This document shows positions 57,204 to 64,000 of a DNA stretch of 64,000 bases, in pieces. Position numbers and translations under genes: made by a program. How positions within the stretch are numbered: position 1 is the stretch's first letter; each line of letters starts with the position of its first letter. The DNA comes from an uncultured Spirochaetota bacterium. GTDB taxonomy: Bacteria; Spirochaetota; Spirochaetia; SZUA-6; Fen-1364. Where the stretch lies: the NCBI GenBank assembly GCA_963820525.1, contig CAWGAA010000003.1:992001-1056000 (forward strand), written 5' to 3'. A model generated the notes under the pieces. It made no database searches and had not been told where the DNA came from. It worked only from the letters and a program-made list of their open reading frames with translations.

Positions 57204-57587
57204 ATGAAACGAGCGATGAAGGAGCTGGCGCGCTCCATTCCCGTGAGCCTGCTCTCCTTCGGCCTCGATTTCGCCCTCCTCGTGCTTCTCACCGAAGTCT
57301 TTCACGTCCCCTACCTCGTTTCCGCGGCCTTCTCCTTCCTCCTCGGGGTCACGGCGAGCTACGTCCTGAGCATCCTCTGGGTTTTCGGCGCGCGGCGGAT
57401 GCCCTCCCGGGCGGCCGAGTACGGGCTGTTCGTCTTCGTGGGCCTGGTGGGGCTGGGCTTGAACGAAGCGCTCCTGTGGCTGTTCACCGAGCCTCTCGGC
57501 CTGTATTACATGCTGTCCAAGTGCGCCGCCGGCGGCCTGGTCTTCTTCTGGAACTTCGGGACGCGGAAGCTCATCCTCTTTCGCTGA
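57204..57587 (+). CDS. GtrA-family membrane protein
   Basis: 4 TM; LDFALL..SAAFSF..SYVLS.LWVF..WNFGTRK. Confidence 0.85.
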   Translation: MKRAMKELARSIPVSLLSFGLDFALLVLLTEVFHVPYLVSAAFSFLLGVTASYVLSILWVFGARRMPSRAAEYGLFVFVGLVGLGLNEALLWLFTEPLGLYYMLSKCAAGGLVFFWNFGTRKLILFR

Positions 57588-57681
57588 TGCGCCGCGGGAA
57601 TACGGGCCCCGCATATTGAAGTTTCTCGACAACCGCGTCAAAGCCCAGGGGAAGAAGGCGGACAAATAGGCGGCCTGCTCA

Positions 57682-58377
57682 TCAGAACAGGTATCCCATC
57701 CCCATGATGCGGTAGAGCTGGCCGGAAAGCCATCTCGGCGGATGCGGCCCGGGCTCCGCGACGCGCATGGGCGAGTTCACAACCTTCGTTCGGCCCCACT
57801 GCTCCCGCTGGAACGTCCCGGGTTCCAGCAGGTTCATGTACTCGATGACGATTCCCTTTCGAAGGTGGTGATGGACGTAGGATATCGTTCCGTCATTGGC
57901 GATGGACACCACCATCCCCACGTGCGTCAGCGGATCGTCCCACCTTCCGTCGCCGTCCTGGTCGTACGTGTCGTCCCAGAACACGATGTCGCCGGACAGG
58001 GGAGAGCGCGTGTCGTAGAGAAGATTCTCGCTGTCGAGAGACCGAAAGATTCGGGTCACGCCGTTTCCGCCGTACTTTCCGAAATCCCGCGCCAGGTCGA
58101 TCCCCGCGTACCAGTAGATGGCGAGCACGGTCCCCGTGCAATCATACGTGAAGCGTTTGCCCCGCACCACGAGCTCCCGCTTTCCCGCCACGTAGTTGGC
58201 GCCTTCCACCAGCCGGGCGCGCAGGGCGACAACCTCCGGGTCTCGCGAGGCCCTGGCGGGAGTTCTGGAATCGAGCGCCCGAAAGGTAGCGCATGAGCCG
58301 AGCGCCGCGGCGACACCCAGGAGCAGGAGGGCACGATGGGTAGTTCTTGGAGTTTTCCGAGAGACCCCGGCCCCCAT
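57682..58377 (-). CDS. NlpC/P60/CHAP-like lipoprotein
   Basis: Lipobox ALGS-C; YDCTG; GDIVFWD; THVGMV. Confidence 0.8.
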   Translation of the reverse strand: MGAGVSRKTPRTTHRALLLLGVAAALGSCATFRALDSRTPARASRDPEVVALRARLVEGANYVAGKRELVVRGKRFTYDCTGTVLAIYWYAGIDLARDFGKYGGNGVTRIFRSLDSENLLYDTRSPLSGDIVFWDDTYDQDGDGRWDDPLTHVGMVVSIANDGTISYVHHHLRKGIVIEYMNLLEPGTFQREQWGRTKVVNSPMRVAEPGPHPPRWLSGQLYRIMGMGYLF

Positions 58378-58382
58378 GGGGC

Positions 58383-59258
58383 TTAGGGCGAAGCCCCGTC
58401 CGGGGGCGCGGCGGAAGCCGCCACGGGCTCCTTTTCCTTCTTCTTGGGGTGGTACTTGCCCGACACGCTGATGATGGAAGACTGGGGGCACTTCTCCACG
58501 CAGGTTCCGCACTGGGTGCACTTGTCGAAGTCGATCACGGCCAGGTAGTCGATGACGTGGATGGCGTCATCGGGGCAGTTCTTCTCGCAGATCTTGCAGC
58601 CCGTGCAGGCGATGGGGCAGACCTGGCGGGCACGGTTGGCCCGGTCGTGATTCTTGCAGGCCACCAGGACGTCCTGGCTCTTGGGGATCATGGAGATGAG
58701 CCCGCGCGGGCAGGCGGCCACGCACTTCTTGCAGCTCTTGCACTTCAGGCGGTCCACCACGGCCAGGCCTTCCCCGTTGACATGGATGGCGTCGAAGGGA
58801 CAGACCCGCACGCAGCTTCCCAGCCCCAGGCAGCCCCACGCGCAGGCCTTGTCTCCGCCGAACAGGATGTTGGCGGCCTGGCAGGTGTCCACCCCCTCGT
58901 ACTCGAAGTTCATGACGGCGGTGCTGCGCCCCGCGCGGCAGGCGACGAAGGCCACCAGCTCCGTCTGCGGCTCCAGGGAAACGCCGAGGATCTCGGCCAC
59001 CCTCCTGGCCGTGGAGTTTCCGCCGGCCACGCATGCGTCCGCCTCCGCCTTTCCCGAGGCTATGGCCTCGGCCAGGCTCAAGCAGCCCGCGAAGCCGCAG
59101 GCCCCGCAGTTGGACCCCGGCAGGGCCGAAAGAACGCAGTCCACCTTCGGGTCCACCTGAACCGCGAACTTCTTGAAGGAGAAGGCGAGCAGAGTGGCGA
59201 AGGCGGCGCCCAGAAGACCCAGGGCGAGGATGGGTACGAGGAGGATGAGGACGCTCAT
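58383..59258 (-). CDS. rnfB: Rnf complex subunit B
   Basis: LPGSNCGACGFAGC; CLGLGSCVRVCPFDAI; multiple ferredoxin motifs. Confidence 0.95.
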   Translation of the reverse strand: MSVLILLVPILALGLLGAAFATLLAFSFKKFAVQVDPKVDCVLSALPGSNCGACGFAGCLSLAEAIASGKAEADACVAGGNSTARRVAEILGVSLEPQTELVAFVACRAGRSTAVMNFEYEGVDTCQAANILFGGDKACAWGCLGLGSCVRVCPFDAIHVNGEGLAVVDRLKCKSCKKCVAACPRGLISMIPKSQDVLVACKNHDRANRARQVCPIACTGCKICEKNCPDDAIHVIDYLAVIDFDKCTQCGTCVEKCPQSSIISVSGKYHPKKKEKEPVAASAAPPDGASP

Positions 59259-59848
59259 AGGCCGAACAACCCCTTGAAACCGAGGAATGCGAGAGACATC
59301 AGGCTCGCCGTGATGAAGGCGATGGGATATCCCTGGAAGGACTTCGGTATGGGCGCCAGCGCAATCCTGTCCCGGATGGCGGCGAACATCACGATGGAAA
59401 AGAAATAGCCGGCGCCGACGCCGACCGTGTAGACCAGGCTTTTGATGAAGTCCAGGTTGTAGTCGATGATCAGGAAGGCCGCCGCCAGCACCGCGCAGTT
59501 CACCACGATGAGCGGCAGGTAGATTCCCATGGCCCTGTAGAGGGCGGGGAACATCTTCCTGATGAACATCTCCTCGAGCTGGACGAAGGTGGCGATGGTG
59601 AGGATGAACGCCGCCGTCCGCAGGTACAAGAGGTCGAAGGGGATCAGGATGAAGTGGTAGACCACCCAGGAGACGCTGGAGGCCATGACCATGACGAAGA
59701 TGACGGCCATTCCCATCCCGAAGGATGTCTGGATGTTGTTGGAGATCCCGAAGAACGAGCACAGGGCGATGAAGCGGATGAGCAGGATGTTGTTCACGAT
59801 CATCGCGCTCAGGAAGATGAGGAAGAGGCCCATGTCGTTTGATATCAT
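59255..59848 (-). CDS. rnfA: Rnf complex subunit A
   Basis: NNILL; GMGMAV; GIYLPLIVVNCAVL; FQGYPIAFITASLMSLAF. Confidence 0.95.
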   Translation of the reverse strand: MISNDMGLFLIFLSAMIVNNILLIRFIALCSFFGISNNIQTSFGMGMAVIFVMVMASSVSWVVYHFILIPFDLLYLRTAAFILTIATFVQLEEMFIRKMFPALYRAMGIYLPLIVVNCAVLAAAFLIIDYNLDFIKSLVYTVGVGAGYFFSIVMFAAIRDRIALAPIPKSFQGYPIAFITASLMSLAFLGFKGLFGL

Positions 59849-59861
59849 CGCTTTCCAGCTC

Positions 59862-60467
59862 CTACTTGCCCGCGATCCGCTTCTGCAGCGCTATGAGGAA
59901 CCCGATCACCAGGAACGCCCCCGGGGGCAGGACCATGATGAGGAACTGGGGGTACCAGGCTCCCAGCACGGGGAAGTTGAATAGCGCGCCGGTGCCCAGA
60001 AGCTCGCGGATCGCCCCGATCAGCGTTATCACCACGGTGAACCCGATGCTCATGCCGATTCCATCCATCAGGGAGGCGGCCGTCCCGTTCTTGCTGGCGA
60101 ACGCCTCCGCCCTTCCCATCACGATGCAGTTCACCACGATCAGGGGGACGAACACGCCGAGGGATCGCGAGAGGGAAGGCGTGTAGGCCTTCATGGCGTA
60201 GTCCACGATGGTGACAAAGGTTGAAATGACCGTGATGAACACGGGGATGCGGATCTGGTTCGGCGTGATCTTTCGAATAAGGGAGATGACGATATTGGAG
60301 CCGATCATCACGAAGGTGAAGGCGGCTCCCATTCCCAGGGCGTCGGTCGCGTTCGTGGAGCATGCGAGGGTTGCGCAGAGGCCGAGCATGATGATGAGGA
60401 TGGGGTTCTCCCTGAAGAGGCCCTTGGTGAGCTCCTGGAAGAGCGGGGTTTTTTGCTTCATCTCCAT
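59862..60467 (-). CDS. rnfE: Rnf complex subunit E
   Basis: ENP..LGLCATLA; PLIVVNCIVMGRAE; IRELLG; LPPGAF. Confidence 0.95.
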   Translation of the reverse strand: MEMKQKTPLFQELTKGLFRENPILIIMLGLCATLACSTNATDALGMGAAFTFVMIGSNIVISLIRKITPNQIRIPVFITVISTFVTIVDYAMKAYTPSLSRSLGVFVPLIVVNCIVMGRAEAFASKNGTAASLMDGIGMSIGFTVVITLIGAIRELLGTGALFNFPVLGAWYPQFLIMVLPPGAFLVIGFLIALQKRIAGK

Positions 60468-60468
60468 G

Positions 60469-61002
60469 TCAGTTGCCTCCCGGGACGGCGGCCGAGTCCA
60501 TCGCGGCGCGGATGGCCTTGGTCACGGCGCGCGAGGAAATAGTGGCCGCTGAAATGGCGTCGATCGCGCCATTGGAGGGGTCGTCCTTTTTCAGGGCAAC
60601 CTGAGCGCGCGCCTTCCCCTTGTATTGATCGAGGAACTTGTCCGTCGTGATCTTGGCGCCGAGCCCGGGGGTCTCCGTGTGGGAAAGCACCTGGACCCCG
60701 GTCAGAACGCCCTGCGCGTCCATTCCGAAGATGATCTCGATCGGGCCGGAATAGCCCTGGATGGTGGTCAGGAAGACCGACCCGATCTTCCCTCCCGCCT
60801 TCACGGCATCCCAGGTCTTGCCCGGCGTGGTCTCCGCAAAGCTCTCCGCCTCCGGAAACACCCGTTTGAGCGCCTCCATTTTTTCGATTCGCGCGAACTC
60901 TGCAATCCGATCCCTGGTGCCCGCGTTCACGAAGGCAAGGCTTCCCGCCGCGATACCGCACACCAGGAAAAGGATCAGCACCAGCTTCAAAGCGTCCTTC
61001 AC
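60469..61002 (-). CDS. rnfG: Rnf complex subunit G
   Basis: GYSGPI; HTETPGLG; flavinylation motif variant ISAATISS. Confidence 0.93.
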   Translation of the reverse strand: MKDALKLVLILFLVCGIAAGSLAFVNAGTRDRIAEFARIEKMEALKRVFPEAESFAETTPGKTWDAVKAGGKIGSVFLTTIQGYSGPIEIIFGMDAQGVLTGVQVLSHTETPGLGAKITTDKFLDQYKGKARAQVALKKDDPSNGAIDAISAATISSRAVTKAIRAAMDSAAVPGGN

Positions 61003-61973
61003 TTTGCGCCCCCTTTGATCGCGCCGGAAACGCCGAAGCGCCGGGGGCGCACGTAGCTTTCGATCAGGGGCGTGAGGCAGTTCATGAAGAGGATGGCGTA
61101 GCACACACCCTCGGGAAAGCCGCCGTAAAGCCGGATGAGGAACGTGATTATTCCGCACCCCGCCCCGAAGATCAGCCTCCCGTTTGCCGTGGTGGGGGAG
61201 GTCACGTAGTCGGTGGCCATGAAGAAGGCTCCAAGGATCAGGCCGCCGGAGAGCACTTCGAACAGGGGATCCCGACCCACAATGAAGGAGAGAAGCGCCA
61301 TGGTAGCGATGAATGTGGTTGGAATTCTCCAGTTGACGATGCCGCGAATCAAAAGGAATGCGGCGCCGAGGAGGAGCGCGATCTTGCAGGTCTCTCCCAG
61401 GGAGCCGGGAACGGTGCCCAAGAGCAGGTCCAGGTATTTGTAGGGAACGTGCGCGGCGATACCGCTTCGCGCCGCTTCCTTGACGATTCCAAGGGCGGAG
61501 GCCGCGCTCACCGCGTCGGCTCCGCCGAAGGAGAGCACGGGGCTCGCCCAGGCCGTCATGGCCACGGGAAAGGAGGAGAGAAGGATCGCGCGCGCAGCCA
61601 GGGCGGGATTGAAGATGTTGTATCCCAGTCCGCCGAAGAGCTGTTTGACCAGGAACACGGCGAGGAAGGCGCCCAGGCCGATCATCCACAGCGGGGTTTG
61701 AGGCGGGACCGTGAAGGCCAGGAGCACGCCCGTGATCACCGCGCTCCCGTCTCCAATCGTGATCTCCCGCTTGAACACGAGCTGGCTCAGGACCTCCGTC
61801 AGAAGGGAGACCGCCATGGAGACCGCGATCACCAGCGCCGCTCTCCATCCGAAGAGGAAGACGGCCGCGATCGCGGCGGGAAGCAGGGCGAGGTTGACCT
61901 CCCACATCACCTTGGCGGCGTTCTCCCGCACGCGAAGGTGGGGCGATACGGACACGATGAGCTTGTTGCGCAT
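60999..61973 (-). CDS. rnfD: Rnf complex subunit D
   Basis: SPH; KQLFGGLGYNIFNPAL; DAVSAAS; GSLGET; FFMATDYVTSP; GFPEG. Confidence 0.95.
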   Translation of the reverse strand: MRNKLIVSVSPHLRVRENAAKVMWEVNLALLPAAIAAVFLFGWRAALVIAVSMAVSLLTEVLSQLVFKREITIGDGSAVITGVLLAFTVPPQTPLWMIGLGAFLAVFLVKQLFGGLGYNIFNPALAARAILLSSFPVAMTAWASPVLSFGGADAVSAASALGIVKEAARSGIAAHVPYKYLDLLLGTVPGSLGETCKIALLLGAAFLLIRGIVNWRIPTTFIATMALLSFIVGRDPLFEVLSGGLILGAFFMATDYVTSPTTANGRLIFGAGCGIITFLIRLYGGFPEGVCYAILFMNCLTPLIESYVRPRRFGVSGAIKGGAK

Positions 61974-61987
61974 GGAGGTCGCCCTTC

Positions 61988-63340
61988 CTATTTCTTCTTC
62001 TTGGCGAGGTTGAGCTTGGCGTATTTCACCAGGTGGACGATGGGCCGCTTGACGTCGCACACATACGTGCAGGCGCCGCACTCCATGCAATCCTTCACCC
62101 CGTACGCCTCGGCCTGGGCGAAGTTGTCTTTTGAGGCGTAATCCGCGATGCGGTTGGGCATGAGGTACATGGGGCAGACCTCGACGCACTTGCCGCATTT
62201 GATGCAGGTCGTTTCCCTCTCCCCGCGGGCCTCCCGGGACAAAACGAGGATGCCGCTTGTGCCCTTGACCACGGGCACATCGAGATTGTACTGGGCAAGC
62301 CCCATCATGGGCCCTCCCATGACAACCTTTCGATGCCCGTCCCCGGGGTCTCCCTCCGGGATCCCGCCGCAGAAGCCGATGACCTCGGAAAAGGGGGTGC
62401 CGATCCGCACCTTCAGGTTCTTCGCTTCCGTGATGCCGTCTCCGCTTACCGTGAGGATCCTCTCGATGAGAGGCTTGCCCCGTGCCACGGCTTCGAAGAT
62501 CGCATAGGCGGTTCCCACGTTCTGGACGATCACGCCCACGTCGAAGGGAAGCCCGCCGCTGGGCACCTCGCGGCCCAGGACGGCCTTGATGAGCTGCTTT
62601 TCGGAGCCCTGGGGGTACTTCACCTTCAGGGGCACCACCTCGATGGGCGCCCCGAGCGCCCTGCACATCTCCCCCATATGGGCGATGGCGTCGGGCTTGT
62701 TCATCTCTATCGCGAGGTGCGCCTTGGGGAGGCCGAGGATCTTCAGGATGATCCGCACCCCCTCGATGATTCCCTCGGCGCACTCGATCATCAGCCGGTG
62801 ATCCGCGGTCAGGAATGGCTCGCATTCCACCCCGTTGATGAGGAGGCTGTCCACCTTCTTTGCGGGAGGAGGGCTGAGCTTCACGTGCGTGGGGAAGGCG
62901 GCGCCGCCCAGCCCCACGATTCCGGCGTCCTTGATCAGGACCCTGATCTCATCCGCGCTGAGCGCGCTCCAGTCCTTGCCCTTCGGCCACGATTCCCGGT
63001 CCGCAAGACCGCTTTGCCCGCCGGCGGCTTCGGGCGCCTCAATGACTATGGAACGGACCGGGTTGGGGACTGCGGGATGGACAAAGGGGGCTATGGCCGT
63101 CACTTTGCCCGAGATGCTCGCGTGGACGGGCACGGATACGAACCCGGTGCTCTCTCCGATCTTCTGGCCGGCCTTCACCTCATCCCCCTCCTTTACCAAC
63201 GGCTCGCAGGGGGATCCGGTATGTTGGAGAAGGGGGATGATGACCTTGCGCGGCAGCGGCATGGCCTCTACGGGCTTCTGCTCCGTGCGATGCTTGTTTT
63301 CCGGAGGATGAACTCCTCCCTTGAATGTTCGTGCTCTCAT
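61988..63340 (-). CDS. rnfC: Rnf complex subunit C
   Basis: FKGGVHP; GLGGAAFPTHVK; NGVECEP; YPQGSEKQL; GGPMMG; two 4Fe-4S motifs. Confidence 0.96.
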   Translation of the reverse strand: MRARTFKGGVHPPENKHRTEQKPVEAMPLPRKVIIPLLQHTGSPCEPLVKEGDEVKAGQKIGESTGFVSVPVHASISGKVTAIAPFVHPAVPNPVRSIVIEAPEAAGGQSGLADRESWPKGKDWSALSADEIRVLIKDAGIVGLGGAAFPTHVKLSPPPAKKVDSLLINGVECEPFLTADHRLMIECAEGIIEGVRIILKILGLPKAHLAIEMNKPDAIAHMGEMCRALGAPIEVVPLKVKYPQGSEKQLIKAVLGREVPSGGLPFDVGVIVQNVGTAYAIFEAVARGKPLIERILTVSGDGITEAKNLKVRIGTPFSEVIGFCGGIPEGDPGDGHRKVVMGGPMMGLAQYNLDVPVVKGTSGILVLSREARGERETTCIKCGKCVEVCPMYLMPNRIADYASKDNFAQAEAYGVKDCMECGACTYVCDVKRPIVHLVKYAKLNLAKKKK

Positions 63341-63439
63341 GGATTTTCGCCCCGTATTGTACTCCGCCTCGAGTTTCCGTCAACATAGAAAACCAGGAAC
63401 GCCGGAAACCCATTATCTACGATATCTCGTATCTTCCCG

Positions 63440-63464
63440 GTAGTTGACTATTTTTGTCAAGTAT
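63440..63464. promoter_or_regulatory. Putative IscR/Rrf2 type-1 binding site
   Basis: GTAGTTGACTATTTTTGTCAAGTAT matches the recalled consensus ATASYYGACTRWWWYAGTCRRSTAT at 23 of 25 positions by hand count. Confidence 0.6.
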
Positions 63465-63516
63465 CGATTTTCCACGATACATGACACACCCCATCAATTC
63501 AGCTATTCTCCCCGTC

Positions 63517-63921
63517 ATGGAAGTAAACATCGAGCGCGATTCGTTCTGCTTCTGCTGCGGAAAAGACAATGAGCGGGGGCTCCATCTCTCCTTCACGTAT
63601 CCGCGGAATGGAGAGGCTGAAACCAGCCTCTCCATTCCAGACTATTTCCAGGGCTGGAGAAAAGTGACCCATGGGGGGTTCCTCTCGACGATACTCGATG
63701 AAGTCATGGCTCATGCCTGCCTCGGCATGGCCCAGACCGCGGTGACCGCGGAAATCTCCGTGAAATTCAAAAAGCCGGTGGAGACGGGCAGCCGGATCAA
63801 AGCTGTGGGTACGGCAGTCGATATGAAAGGGCGCGTCATCAACACGAAAGGAACAATCTCCAACGAATCGGGAGAACATGTGGCAGAAGCCACCGCCCGA
63901 TTCGTTATAATCAAGAAATAG
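63517..63921 (+). CDS. PaaI-family hotdog thioesterase
   Basis: CFCCGKDNERGL; QGW..VTHGGFLSTILDEVM; VTAEISVKFKKPV. Confidence 0.88.
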   Translation: MEVNIERDSFCFCCGKDNERGLHLSFTYPRNGEAETSLSIPDYFQGWRKVTHGGFLSTILDEVMAHACLGMAQTAVTAEISVKFKKPVETGSRIKAVGTAVDMKGRVINTKGTISNESGEHVAEATARFVIIKK

Positions 63922-64000
63922 GGAACGGCCCCTCGAGGGAAGCCGGCCAAAGTTTTCTTGACAACGGCCGGATTTGGCCGTATTCTTTTGCGGACAAAGA

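Overview
GC-rich bacterial chromosomal window. Gene content suggests an anaerobic free-living spirochaete-like organism; this is inference only, since no rRNA marker is present. I found no rRNA, tRNA, CRISPR array, IS element or prophage. In order, the window holds: (1) a truncated 2TM-HAMP-sugar-binding-fold signalling protein; (2) a transglutaminase-like/TPR protein translationally coupled to an 1175-aa repeat lipoprotein; (3) a 5-PAS kinase/Rcp1-like/hybrid kinase phosphorelay; (4) a sugar island containing nagB, a LacI regulator, a divergent GDP-mannose-3,5-epimerase-like + GHMP kinase + tandem HIGH nucleotidyltransferase operon, a YesMN + binding-protein sensor and an RbsABC-type transporter; (5) an AAA+/VWA pair; (6) a TetR-MMPL-LolA-like-outer-membrane-protein operon; (7) a histone H1-like gene; (8) hisI-hisG-P-type ATPase-thyA-folA; (9) an OmpR-family two-component system with a triple-PDZ protein; (10) Lhr helicase and peptidases; (11) a complete rnfCDGEAB operon preceded by an IscR type-1-like site. 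The best candidates for new biology are a LacI-linked Leloir-like rare-sugar salvage pathway, a possible protease/adhesin pair, and four genes reduced to head-plus-tail remnants by large internal deletions. All family assignments come from motif recognition, not database searches.
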